DNA from: Candidatus Poseidoniaceae archaeon
GTDB taxonomy: Archaea; Thermoplasmatota; Poseidoniia; Poseidoniales; Poseidoniaceae
NCBI GenBank assembly: GCA_949373235.1
Contig: CASICQ010000006.1
Location: forward strand, 4,358-68,357
Reading direction: 5' to 3'
Length of the DNA: 64,000 nt
Shown here: positions 17,407 to 27,243 of the stretch, in pieces
Position numbering within the stretch: position 1 is the stretch's first letter
Layout: the number at the start of each line of letters is the position of its first letter
Position numbers and translations under genes: made by a program
The notes under the pieces: model-generated
Databases searched by the model: none
Seen by the model: only the letters and a program-made list of their open reading frames with translations
What the model was told of the DNA's origin: nothing

Positions 17407-20154
17407 TCAAGCACGTCGTCTCTTTCTGTCTCGTTCCTTTTGAAGAATTGAACAGCGACGGATTTGGTCCCTGGCTCGAGCCACTTCTTCCTTGAGAAGC
17501 CCTCGAGGGATCGATTGCTCGAAGCATTTGATGGCATCGGGGTATCGCTCCATTTCAGCGTAGGCGCTTCCCATGTTGTAGAGAGTTTTTCCACGGACTT
17601 CAGCGGGGCGAATCAGCATTGCTTGATGGTAGGCTTCCACGCACTTGGGGTATTGTTCAAGGTAGTAGTATGCGTTGCCCTTTCCATTAAGGATTCGAAT
17701 GAGCATGTCTTCATCATTGGCAAACGAAGGGATGGCTCGGTCAAAGGATGAAAGGGCTTTGTCATATTTTCCATCTTCAATCAACTGAACGCCTTGATTG
17801 TACCATGCAATGTCCTGATTTGCGATTGACATGGAATTGACTTCGCCAGTTGTTTGCACCGCAACCCTTGCTGCGGCATCGAGGGCCGCCTTTGCCAGGT
17901 CGACTTCGGGTTGTGGTGCAGCCTCAGGTTCTGTGCGTTGCACAGGAAGGGGTTGCATCAATGGGTCATTCGCTAAGTCGTAAGCCGGTGAAGGTGCTGG
18001 GGCTTCGACCGCTGGTTGTTGTGCGAATTCGGGTGCCTGCGGTTCATTGTTAAGGCCAAGTGCGCCCATGTAGAAATCTGCTGTTGCTTCATCTGGATGC
18101 GGTGGCTCTGGCGCTGCCGGCGGTGGTGGCGAGTAGGCAGGAGCAGGGTAGACTGGTTCAGGTGCCGGTTGAGTTGGCACGGACATTGCAGGAGCAGGGT
18201 AGGCTGGTTCAGGTGCCGGTTGAGTTGGCACTGACATTGCAGGTGCAGGGAAGGCTGGTACCGATTCGGCTTGAAGTGGAGCATCGGTTGGAAGCGGCAC
18301 TGCTTGTTCGATTGGTTGAGGTGAATCCGATGTTGCTCCACCCAATGCGGTGGCTTTGGCGTGGCATTTCTGAGCCGTTTCTAAATCACCTGCGTTTTCA
18401 AGCGCTCGGGCAAGTCCGCGCCAGTTGTCTGGGTTTGTGCCATCGCTTTGGATGAGGGCCTTCCAGGTGGTTACGGCTTGAACATGATCGTTTGAAGCGG
18501 TGTGAGCGCGAGCATGGAGGGACGTGGCACCAACACCGAGCATCTGCAGTGCTTCTTGGGCCAAATGGGGGCCTTCGGGCAAGGTTGGGGGTAGCCCTTG
18601 GGCTGATTCAATGACGTTTGCTTCTCCTTCTGCAAGACCAATTAAGACCTCTATCATTTGCGTACGAACGGCGTTGTTCGCATCGGAAGAAAGCACCGAG
18701 CGTGTTGCAACAAGATAATTTTCGATGTCGCCAGTTTCGTAGCACAGCATGCTGCATTTAAGTGAGGCTTTGAGGTAATCGGGTTGGGCTCCAATTGCGC
18801 TCATGTAAGATGCAATGGCTTGTTGGTGCTCACCGCGTCGTTGATGAATTGAACCGAGGTTGAACCATCCGCTCGCTTGGGTAGGGTCGAGGCTTTGCGC
18901 ATGCATGAGGGCACTGATGGCATGGTCATCTAAATTCAAACGAGCCATAGCCCCCCCTGCAATCCGCCATGACGGTGCGTGTTGAGCACCGATGGTCTTC
19001 AAGTGGGGTTTCAGAAGGTTAAGCGCATCGGCAGCGGCGCCCGCTTTGATCAATTCCGTGGCTTGTTCTACCAAACTGTCAAGGTTGATTGCTTCGGTTT
19101 GAGGCACTGCGACAGCTTCCACAGCCGGTGCTGGAGTTGGGGCCGCAATTGGTTGCGATTCGGGCAGAGGGACTCCTTTAGGTTCCGCTGTTGTTACCGG
19201 TTTTACCGTTTCATGCAATAAAGCCGGTTGACCCTGAAGATTGATCTCCACAACTTCAGTTGCCGCAACCACTTCAGCAGCGGCCATCAATTCACTGAAC
19301 TCCAAGTTTTCATTGCCGTCATCATGGTGCACCGCTTCTGCCAAGACCGCTTCGCGATCGGTTGCACCGGTTTCTTCCATAGCCTTCTTGACTTGGGCTT
19401 CGCTAAAGGATTGTGTTGGTTCAACGATTGGCATCGCTTCCATCTCGATGCTCTCAATGCTTCCTTGGCACCTCGATTGCAGTTCTGAGAGTGTTGGATG
19501 ACCTGGGAAAAACACCAAAGCTCTTGTCGCCATTTCATAGGCTCCCTTTTCATCCCCAATTCGCTCAAGAAGTATAGCTAAATTAGCGGTCGCAGGAGCG
19601 TGCTCTTCATTGAGATCAAGGCAAATCTGGAAGGCTTGCCGCGCACCTCGTGCGTCTTGCTGGGCTTCAAGCAACACGCCTCGATTAAACCAAGCCATGT
19701 CGCATGAAGGGTCGATGGAAATGGCTTTGTTGAACGCAGCGAGCGCTTTTTTGGAGTCATTTTTCCGAGAAGATTCCTCGCCTTCTTGAAGCAAAGCATT
19801 GACTTCTTCTTCAACGGACATTTCTTCTTGATCGCCCTCATTTGTATTCATGTGGAGCCACGCTTCCGCAGCATCGAGAAGTTCTGTTTTGTTTAGGTAT
19901 CCATTTTCATCACCGTCCATGGTTTTGGCAAAGGCGATGAATCCTTCTTCATCTTCGATATTTTGGTCCGCAAGCACTTGTCGAAGCACTTCGTCTGAAT
20001 ACTTCTTTTTCTCTTCGGGTTGTTCCGAGGGTTCGGCCATGGAAATACCCGCTGATTCAAGCGCAGCAGCCATGGAATCCATCACTGAATCAGCGACAGT
20101 ATCATCCGAATTGTCATCTGACGGTGGATTGTTTTCATTGTCAGTGGCATCCAT
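17407..20154 (-). CDS. Large TPR-repeat protein with EF-hand-like loops and Pro/Ala-rich linkers
   Basis: Three TPR clusters (AWFNRGVLL, GWFNLGSIH, AWYNQGV, TLYNMGSAY); DGDENGYLNKTE loop. Confidence 0.85.
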   Translation of the reverse strand: MDATDNENNPPSDDNSDDTVADSVMDSMAAALESAGISMAEPSEQPEEKKKYSDEVLRQVLADQNIEDEEGFIAFAKTMDGDENGYLNKTELLDAAEAWLHMNTNEGDQEEMSVEEEVNALLQEGEESSRKNDSKKALAAFNKAISIDPSCDMAWFNRGVLLEAQQDARGARQAFQICLDLNEEHAPATANLAILLERIGDEKGAYEMATRALVFFPGHPTLSELQSRCQGSIESIEMEAMPIVEPTQSFSEAQVKKAMEETGATDREAVLAEAVHHDDGNENLEFSELMAAAEVVAATEVVEINLQGQPALLHETVKPVTTAEPKGVPLPESQPIAAPTPAPAVEAVAVPQTEAINLDSLVEQATELIKAGAAADALNLLKPHLKTIGAQHAPSWRIAGGAMARLNLDDHAISALMHAQSLDPTQASGWFNLGSIHQRRGEHQQAIASYMSAIGAQPDYLKASLKCSMLCYETGDIENYLVATRSVLSSDANNAVRTQMIEVLIGLAEGEANVIESAQGLPPTLPEGPHLAQEALQMLGVGATSLHARAHTASNDHVQAVTTWKALIQSDGTNPDNWRGLARALENAGDLETAQKCHAKATALGGATSDSPQPIEQAVPLPTDAPLQAESVPAFPAPAMSVPTQPAPEPAYPAPAMSVPTQPAPEPVYPAPAYSPPPPAAPEPPHPDEATADFYMGALGLNNEPQAPEFAQQPAVEAPAPSPAYDLANDPLMQPLPVQRTEPEAAPQPEVDLAKAALDAAARVAVQTTGEVNSMSIANQDIAWYNQGVQLIEDGKYDKALSSFDRAIPSFANDEDMLIRILNGKGNAYYYLEQYPKCVEAYHQAMLIRPAEVRGKTLYNMGSAYAEMERYPDAIKCFEQSIPRGLLKEEVARARDQIRRCSILQKERDRKRRRA
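18137..18259. repeat. 51-bp in-frame tandem repeat (~2.4 copies; PAYPAPAMSVPTQPAPE)
   Basis: GCAGGAGCAGGGTAG..TGAGTTGGCAC.GACATT recurs at 18137, 18188 and partially at 18239. Confidence 0.9.
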
Positions 20155-20261
20155 AATGGGTTCCCCAACTTAAAGGGGTTCACAGGGATGCATAAGGATT
20201 GCTTCTGTATGTGTTTAAATTACGACCTTAAATTGAAATGCTTTGGCGCCAACCCAGCGGC

Positions 20262-20816
20262 ATGACCGAACAACCATTGCGCATCTTGGGACTCTCTGGC
20301 GAATACCGCCCCTCCTCCAAAAGTGGCATGATGATCACCCAAGCCCTTTCGATTGCCGAAGCAGCAGGAGCCGAAGTTCATTTCTGGGATTGCGACAAAA
20401 ACCCCCTTCCCTTTGTCGGTGAAGACGGCTGTTGGGAGCATGAAAATGTGAAAGCATTTCAAGAATTAGCAAGTTCTTGCGATGGCTTTTTGGTCTGCTC
20501 ACCGGAATACCACGGTACAATGTCTGGTGTTATGAAAAACACATTCGATTGGCTCTATGACAAGCACGTTGGAGGCAAAGCGTTTGGCCTCATGTGCACC
20601 CTCGGGGGCATGGAAAATTCAAACACCCTGAATCACATGAGAATTATGCTCCGGTGGCTCCACGCTTGGCCCGTTCCTGAACAATTGGCTGTCGGTCATG
20701 TCAAGGAAGCCTTTGACGACCATGGAGAACTCGCAAACGCTGCCACTGCAGAACGCCTCAACACCCTTGTGGAGTCTGTATTGCGCACTGCAACGATGCT
20801 CAAATCCGAATCGTGA
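20262..20816 (+). CDS. NADPH-dependent FMN reductase
   Basis: LSGEYRPSS and SPEYHGTMSGVMKNTFDW. Confidence 0.9.
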   Translation: MTEQPLRILGLSGEYRPSSKSGMMITQALSIAEAAGAEVHFWDCDKNPLPFVGEDGCWEHENVKAFQELASSCDGFLVCSPEYHGTMSGVMKNTFDWLYDKHVGGKAFGLMCTLGGMENSNTLNHMRIMLRWLHAWPVPEQLAVGHVKEAFDDHGELANAATAERLNTLVESVLRTATMLKSES

Positions 20817-20821
20817 GGCCT

Positions 20822-21598
20822 ATGTCTTCCACGCGCCCTGCATTCGATGGCCTCTACGGGGGACGGTACATCCTTGTCGAGCCCGGTCGTTTTCTAATGG
20901 GTGACGCCGATGAACGTGGTTCAAAGACCGAACGCCCTGCCATTGAAACAGAGATTCTTGACCCTTTTTTTCTTGGAGAGCGCCCCGTTACTCAGGCCCA
21001 CTGGCAATCTATTATGGGGCTTAATCCATCGAAATTTCAGGACGGTTGGGCCGCAGGCCTTCGGCCTGTAGAAATGATTTCATGGGATGATGCTCAAACC
21101 TTTATTTCCAAAATGAATGAAGCGGAACAAAACACCGTGCGGTTAGGACTGACCGGGACTTGGCGGCTACCCTCCGAGGCAGAATGGGAATACGCCGCAC
21201 GTGCAAACACGGACTCTCGTTGGAGCTTCGGGGACCGTGATTCCGAATTAAATGATTATGGCTGGCATGCGGGAAACGCTGGTGCAACCACCCGGGAAGT
21301 TGGGCAAAAAAAGGCGAATCCATGGGGTTTCTTAGATCTCCACGGGCAAACAGGAGAATGGTGTCAAGATGATTATGCCCCCAACTACACGCAGCATTCT
21401 GGCACACAAAACGCTCACACTTCGAATCTGACTGGACGCAAAGTCCACAGAGGTGGTTCTTGGTTTACAGAATCGGACAGCACCCGAAGCCGTGCACGCG
21501 CTTCCGCATTGAGGGACCATCGAGGCGACGGTGTTGGTTTGCGTTTGGTTTGGTCGCCGAATGCAGAAGCCGCAGAACATATGGACGTGGATGCATGA
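20822..21598 (+). CDS. Formylglycine-generating enzyme (SUMF1/FGE-sulfatase) family protein
   Basis: GRFLMG, RLPSEAEWEYAARA, NPWGFLDLHG..EW, RGGSW and G.RL; lacks the catalytic Cys pair. Confidence 0.88.
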   Translation: MSSTRPAFDGLYGGRYILVEPGRFLMGDADERGSKTERPAIETEILDPFFLGERPVTQAHWQSIMGLNPSKFQDGWAAGLRPVEMISWDDAQTFISKMNEAEQNTVRLGLTGTWRLPSEAEWEYAARANTDSRWSFGDRDSELNDYGWHAGNAGATTREVGQKKANPWGFLDLHGQTGEWCQDDYAPNYTQHSGTQNAHTSNLTGRKVHRGGSWFTESDSTRSRARASALRDHRGDGVGLRLVWSPNAEAAEHMDVDA

Positions 21599-21942
21599 TG
21601 ACCCTCTATCATAATCCTCGATGCTCGAAATCGCGCCAAGCGCTCGCGATGTGCGAAGCATCGTCGCTGGATGTGCAAATTCATCTTTACCTCAACAAAC
21701 CTCTTTCAAGTGAGGAACTGCGTTCTATTTTATCTCGCCTTCATGGGCCACTCAAGAACGCCATTCGCTTGAAAGACCCGAAATTTAAATCTGTGGATTC
21801 TTCGACGTTAGAACCTGCAAATCTTGAATCTGTTGTTGACTTTTTGAGCAAACACGGCCATCTCATGGAGCGTCCCCTTTTGGATACAGGATCGATCAGT
21901 TGTGTTGGTCGGCCGGTAGAGTTGCTTCTCCCGTTTCTTTGA
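21595..21942 (+). CDS. arsC: ArsC/Spx-family reductase
   Basis: YHNPRCSKSR and LMERP..GRP; ATGA overlap with the upstream stop. Confidence 0.85.
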   Translation: MMTLYHNPRCSKSRQALAMCEASSLDVQIHLYLNKPLSSEELRSILSRLHGPLKNAIRLKDPKFKSVDSSTLEPANLESVVDFLSKHGHLMERPLLDTGSISCVGRPVELLLPFL

Positions 21943-22447
21943 CCGTTGGTTCTCCATCAAGTGGTTCTGCGTCGATTTTCATGCCCTCTGCGAGCGCTGC
22001 TAATGTTTGATGTTCCGGAACTGCACCTGGCCCTATGGACCATTTACTCGTGAATTCTGTAGAAAGTACCGTCATTAAATTTCTTCTCTTGAGTGCGTCA
22101 ATTCCTGATGCTGTGCGATCGACAACAGGCGCCATTTCTTCTTGAAATACCTCGTTCATTTGGTAGCATATTTCTTCGAATGTACGCCTTCCATTGGCTA
22201 ATTCCCAAAGCATGCTGTTTTTTGGATCAAGAGGCCTACGCACTTCCCTCGGTGCTCGAAACAAGCGCGCCAGGATTCGCTCAAAGCGATTGAATCGTTT
22301 TTCAATCCTCAATACAATTCGTCGACCACTTACGCCATCGAGGTCGGGATGTGCTCCAGCCTCACCGTAGCGGCCCCACCAGACTGGGACTCGGCAAGGA
22401 TAAGTGCCAGCATAGGCGTGTTTGCTCACATCCACTATATCCATCAT
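21896..22447 (-). CDS. PqqD/RRE-like domain protein
   Basis: LDPKNSMLWELANGRRTFEEICYQM..F..........L....L winged-helix pattern of the PqqD family. Confidence 0.65.
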   Translation of the reverse strand: MMDIVDVSKHAYAGTYPCRVPVWWGRYGEAGAHPDLDGVSGRRIVLRIEKRFNRFERILARLFRAPREVRRPLDPKNSMLWELANGRRTFEEICYQMNEVFQEEMAPVVDRTASGIDALKRRNLMTVLSTEFTSKWSIGPGAVPEHQTLAALAEGMKIDAEPLDGEPTVKETGEATLPADQHN

Positions 22448-22453
22448 CTCACC

Positions 22454-22627
22454 TCAAAATTCCAAAAGAGTCCACAAAAGAAGGGTTGTCATGGAAACGA
22501 CACCTAACAATGCAGAAAGGCGAGTTGCTTCAACCCGTTCGGTGAAGTTTCTCAAAAACCATGTTGCTACGCCAAAAAACATAACCATGACCCATAGGCC
22601 ATACCACGGGGCAGGGTATGTGGCCAT
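22454..22627 (-). CDS. Small two-TM membrane protein (57 aa)
   Basis: MATYPAPWYGLWVMVMFF..LLWTLLEF; fills the gap between co-oriented genes; followed by the GAGGTGA RBS of the next gene. Confidence 0.6.
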   Translation of the reverse strand: MATYPAPWYGLWVMVMFFGVATWFLRNFTERVEATRLSALLGVVSMTTLLLWTLLEF

Positions 22628-22652
22628 GGCTTTCGGTCTTGGCGCTGATGTA

Positions 22653-25600
22653 TCATGCTTGTCCTTCAAGGCGGTCAAGGTATTGTTGACCGTAGTGAGT
22701 CCACTGTTCCATTGTCCAACCGGTTGGCAGACCGGTGAGGGGGACGTCAGGACCATTGGCTGCAGGTGCAGGTGCCTCTGCTGCTTGCGCTTCAGGGGTG
22801 GGGGCTTGTTGTGCTGATATTGGTGGCCCAGTTGAGGCAGGTGGTCCACTGGTCTGGAACTCATGCGGCTCTATTTTTGGTTCGTCCACAAATTCTTCCT
22901 TGCTTCGCCGTCGAAGCAAGACGCTCATTAGGAAAATAAATGCCATGAGGACACCACCTCCGCCGGCAACGGCACCTACATTCATCGAAGTTTGGTCTGT
23001 GGTGCGTTCAGAAAAGGAATACGCTTGGCTGCTTTGCCACGTACGGGCCCCATCTTGTGTCTCGAGCTGGAACGTTACAATGCCTCCTAACGGGCCGCCT
23101 AGGCGGTGAAGGGTGCATGGAACATCTGACAATTGAGGCGCCACATGGCCAGGTTCGAAAGTTAGATTTTGACCTTCCCGATCAACAAGGATGCCATTGC
23201 ACACCATTTGCCATGATTCGGGCAAAGTTGTCCGTAAGGTAAGTTCCTCTCGCTGACTTGAGGTGCTGGTGATGTTGACAAACAACGGAACACCAGTTCC
23301 AGTCGGATATACGTCATCGGTTCCCATGCTGAGCGATGCTCCAATTTGGCGTTGTTGGTCCACGATAATCAACGCTTCATGCCTTAATTCATACGGCTGC
23401 ATCTCGGCGTTCAATCCTGCAATGACTTCAAACGAAACGACAATCCTTGTGTTGAGAATCATAGTGTCCGGCAGAATGAGATCCACTGTCAATGTTGTGG
23501 ATTGGTTGGGCAAGAGCATCATCGTCACCGCCTCACCTACAGATTTTGAAGCCCCTCCTTTGCTTGTCGTGAAGAACGCGATTATGTTTTCCTCAGGCGG
23601 TGAACTGGAAAAGGTTGCGAGAACAATGATTCCATCATCGGCAGCGTTTCCGATGTTTCGTAAGGTCGCGTTTACGCTCACTGTGTCGCCAACCATTGCC
23701 GATTGAGATTGAGCTGAACCGACAAGGTCTGGAATTCGTACTGAAGCTGTGATGGTATCGAAGGTGACGCTGTTGTCTTCAATGTGGATGTCTTCAAATC
23801 CGATAGCGTTTGAAACCATGATGGAAATGGTGTGAATTTCACTTGCCGCCTCTTCACTCGGTACAAAAATCCACATTTCGACCGTTGCGTTGTTGTTCAA
23901 ATCGTAGGGTGCTGAGAGGGCGATGGAATCAGTCACATTGTCCCCATTGACTTTAATCCAAGTGTTCCAAGCAGATGGCAGTCCATCGGCTGCTACGATA
24001 GCATCGATTGGTCCATTGCCTTTGTTGACGATTTCGAGGAGCACCTTATTGGCGGTGCCTGGTCTCAATTTGTCAGGTGTTTCTAAGAGGGTGATTGAAA
24101 GATCGCTAATGGTTCGAACGACGATGCTGTCAAACGAATCACCGCTGATGGACATGCCACTGCGCTTCGAGGTGATGGTTGGCGTAAGTGAAGGTGCTTT
24201 GTCACCTGCTTGCCCAGTTTCAGGAGCAGTCACCTTCACGGTGAACGTGGTGCTTGCGCCCGGATTTATGACGGCGTCGGGACGAGTTGGTTGTTCGATG
24301 GTCCACAAACCGACTGATCCATGAGTCACTTGCATCGAAAAGATATCTTGGCGCGTCGCATTGTTCCAAATGGTGAATTCTACAGTTTTTGTTTCACCCG
24401 CATCAACCAACCAATCGCGCATCATTTGGGTTGTCGTCATCCCAATGTACGCCTCACTGATCATCGATGCTGACACACTGATGTCCGCTTGGTGTTGCTT
24501 AGCGGTGTTGTTTTGTGATTGGGCTATGAGGGTGAAGGGTGCGACTGTATCCGGTGCAGCACTGGTTGGTACCGTCATTGTCAGTGCGACCTGCACAGGA
24601 GTGTCAGGTCGTACCATAATTGAGGTCGATTGAGTCCATGCCAATTGGACGGTCCATCCCTCTGGCAAAGCATCCTGTTCGATGGTCAAATCAAAAACGT
24701 CTGTTGCGTCCCCTATGTTTCGCACTTCAACAGTGAACGGGCAACTGTAGCCAGGGGGGCAGGTTGGTCGTATATCTGGTTGAACGATGAAAGGTTCTCG
24801 GTCAGGAAGAACTTGGAATTGAACAGGAAGTGTGGTGTTAATCGATTCATACTGGCTTGAAGTTCCGATGAACGTCATTTGTTCAAATCCAGTTGTTGCG
24901 TTCACATCTGGCCTGATTTTCACTTCGATGGTCTTCGATTCTCCGGGCGATAATAACACCCCTGTTTGTTCGTTGATCGAAACACCAGTAAGGTGTGCAA
25001 AATACACTTCCCAGCCAGCTGGTAACCCATCAATGGACGGCAGAACATAATCTGAAATGTTCCCTTCATTCGTCAAACTTACTTGAACGCCACCCCATTC
25101 ATCAGGGAGGGACCCAATGGTGGAGACCCCTGCTGAGGAAATGGCGTATTCGATTGGTTTGACCTTTTGATCATACATGATGACAATGTCATCCAACCAA
25201 AAACCTACATCATTGCCACTGGCGTCCGCTGTGAAAACAAATCGGAACTTTGTTGCTGGTGAAAACCCACTTTGCGGTGCAGGAATCAGCGGTGAAGTGG
25301 CACCTTGGCTGTTGACAGAAAATGTCTGCCATGAGGCTCCGTCGATGAACACTTGGTCCACTGTACCCGCAATGTTGCCGAGTTGTGTGTTGGCGCCGGC
25401 GCTGTTTTGAACGTAAACTTTCAATTCATCCCCTGTTTGAGAACTACCGGTGTAAAAGAAACTCAAACCATTCGTTCTTAGGGGGTTTTCCACAGCATCA
25501 GACATGTCAAAAACAGGGGTTTCAAGAACGCTTGTTGTCGAAGAACTGTAGGCCATATCCACGCCATTTCCAGCATGGCATGCTGATGCTTCTGAAAGGG

Positions 25601-26213
25601 AAGTATCGCTGTTGATGCCCCACTCGTTTGTTGTCGTCCACTGCGTGAGATCGTCGCAATTGAAGTAATGAGAGGCAACGGTGAAATGGCGATACAGCGC
25701 ATCGTTTGATGGTTGATCATCGGCAACACTGGATGTTGCTGTTACCTCCAGTGTATGGTTGCCTGAGTATGTCGGAGTGAATGTGATTCCAATGGTGTTG
25801 GAACTGCCGCCACTGAGGGATGACATTTGCTGAGTGGTGTTGGTCATCTCAAATTGTTGATATTCATTATGAAGTGTTTTCAACACCACATCGATGGTCC
25901 CGGATGAGGCTGTTCCTAAATTATCCACAGTGATCAAGGAATAAATGGGCACGTCGATGACAGCATCCACAACATAGAGTTCCGCAGGACGATTGAAGTT
26001 TGGAATGGGGTGGTTTGAAGAAAACATTCTGTAACGGCCCTCGTCGGCACTGGTGGTGTACGAAAACGATACATTGGTCACAGTAAGGTCGACACCTGTT
26101 GCTTTTGCGGAGGAGGTTTGAGATGGCTCATGTGAGGCATCAAGGTGGGACATTGGCGCGCATGCACTGAGGAGAAAAAGAACAACCAACAGAATTGCAG
26201 GCGTACGATTCAT
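22653..26213 (-). CDS. Large cell-surface protein with CARDB/NEW3-type Ig-like repeats and C-terminal TM anchor
   Basis: Signal/lipobox-like LLSAC; repeated (V/L)xNxGNxxD and LP.GW motifs; TM; Pro-rich tail ending GLPTGWTMEQWTHYGQQYL. Confidence 0.82.
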   Translation of the reverse strand: MNRTPAILLVVLFLLSACAPMSHLDASHEPSQTSSAKATGVDLTVTNVSFSYTTSADEGRYRMFSSNHPIPNFNRPAELYVVDAVIDVPIYSLITVDNLGTASSGTIDVVLKTLHNEYQQFEMTNTTQQMSSLSGGSSNTIGITFTPTYSGNHTLEVTATSSVADDQPSNDALYRHFTVASHYFNCDDLTQWTTTNEWGINSDTSLSEASACHAGNGVDMAYSSSTTSVLETPVFDMSDAVENPLRTNGLSFFYTGSSQTGDELKVYVQNSAGANTQLGNIAGTVDQVFIDGASWQTFSVNSQGATSPLIPAPQSGFSPATKFRFVFTADASGNDVGFWLDDIVIMYDQKVKPIEYAISSAGVSTIGSLPDEWGGVQVSLTNEGNISDYVLPSIDGLPAGWEVYFAHLTGVSINEQTGVLLSPGESKTIEVKIRPDVNATTGFEQMTFIGTSSQYESINTTLPVQFQVLPDREPFIVQPDIRPTCPPGYSCPFTVEVRNIGDATDVFDLTIEQDALPEGWTVQLAWTQSTSIMVRPDTPVQVALTMTVPTSAAPDTVAPFTLIAQSQNNTAKQHQADISVSASMISEAYIGMTTTQMMRDWLVDAGETKTVEFTIWNNATRQDIFSMQVTHGSVGLWTIEQPTRPDAVINPGASTTFTVKVTAPETGQAGDKAPSLTPTITSKRSGMSISGDSFDSIVVRTISDLSITLLETPDKLRPGTANKVLLEIVNKGNGPIDAIVAADGLPSAWNTWIKVNGDNVTDSIALSAPYDLNNNATVEMWIFVPSEEAASEIHTISIMVSNAIGFEDIHIEDNSVTFDTITASVRIPDLVGSAQSQSAMVGDTVSVNATLRNIGNAADDGIIVLATFSSSPPEENIIAFFTTSKGGASKSVGEAVTMMLLPNQSTTLTVDLILPDTMILNTRIVVSFEVIAGLNAEMQPYELRHEALIIVDQQRQIGASLSMGTDDVYPTGTGVPLFVNITSTSSQREELTLRTTLPESWQMVCNGILVDREGQNLTFEPGHVAPQLSDVPCTLHRLGGPLGGIVTFQLETQDGARTWQSSQAYSFSERTTDQTSMNVGAVAGGGGVLMAFIFLMSVLLRRRSKEEFVDEPKIEPHEFQTSGPPASTGPPISAQQAPTPEAQAAEAPAPAANGPDVPLTGLPTGWTMEQWTHYGQQYLDRLEGQA

Positions 26214-26263
26214 GGCGCTCGTGTTGCTACACTGCTTCAATGTATATGAGGGAAGTGGCGACT

Positions 26264-27094
26264 TCACTCGTCTTCTTTTTGGTGCCCTAAGGCCTCATTG
26301 ATGTCCTGTTCGGATGCTTTCAACTTCACAGCATCTCGCTTTTCTTTTGCATTGGCTGCAAAGTAAACGGTGAACGAGGGAATGAGGACCATGGAGAAGC
26401 ATCCAACCACTGCGGCTAAAGCCCACAAAAACTCTGTTGCTGCGTCGACTGAGAACGGTCCAATCGATGCAAATTCTTCGTTCACTGTGGTGATGGTCAT
26501 GGCAGGGGCTGTTGACCTGTTGCCTTTTTCTATGATTTCCACCCTGATGAGAGAGGGTGAATGTTCGTATTCGATTGCATCCAAGGCCTTCTCTTTGGCT
26601 CCTGCTTCAGTTTGGGCGTAAACCGTTCCGTTTGAGCGGCGAGCGGGATCGGTACTCGTCAGAGCGATAATTGATATTTCTCCACCGTCTTCAGCGATGA
26701 CGGAATGCGTGGTGTTTTTCTGACAGGAGTCTCGACAACTGAATCCATCAGCTCCGTCCACGCCTAGTTTTTGATGGCTGAATAGACCGGCCCCGTTGAT
26801 CAGCCGCACTTCCGCTCCGTTGGAAAGTTCAACCGCAGTGAGGTTGACCCAAGTCAAATTTGCACCGTCGGCGGGCACGGACCATGTCCAAGTGGTTGTG
26901 TTTGTGTCTTCCTGGTAGATGCGAACTGGATCAATATTTTCATGAGTGGTGAGGGTCGATTCTGTATCATAGAGGTAGTAAGATGGCGAGACTGTGGCGC
27001 CATAAACAGCGTATGAAAGCATGAATATGAGGGTGAAAGAAAGACCTAATAGCGTCCGCAACAGGTTGGGGTTTTGGGCTAATGCCTTCCTCAT
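26264..27094 (-). CDS. Hypothetical membrane protein (N- and C-terminal TMs, extracellular domain)
   Basis: Long ORF with two hydrophobic helices; start MRKALAQ chosen to avoid overlap with rps19e. Confidence 0.7.
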   Translation of the reverse strand: MRKALAQNPNLLRTLLGLSFTLIFMLSYAVYGATVSPSYYLYDTESTLTTHENIDPVRIYQEDTNTTTWTWSVPADGANLTWVNLTAVELSNGAEVRLINGAGLFSHQKLGVDGADGFSCRDSCQKNTTHSVIAEDGGEISIIALTSTDPARRSNGTVYAQTEAGAKEKALDAIEYEHSPSLIRVEIIEKGNRSTAPAMTITTVNEEFASIGPFSVDAATEFLWALAAVVGCFSMVLIPSFTVYFAANAKEKRDAVKLKASEQDINEALGHQKEDE

Positions 27095-27243
27095 CAACCC
27101 CTGCAAGACAGGGCCCTTCATCAACCCTTGTCTGGGGGATAGAACCCCTGTGAAAAGAGGGCACAGCGAGAGTTCACGAGGTGCTGGTGACCCGCTCTCT
27201 TCATATAGGGGCGTAAGGTCGGCAAATTGCTTGGTGTTTTGTC

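Noticed and set aside
18137-18259. Possible CRISPR-like repeats (also 44568-44638)
   Set aside because: Head-to-tail, in-frame coding repeats without unique spacers; no cas genes.
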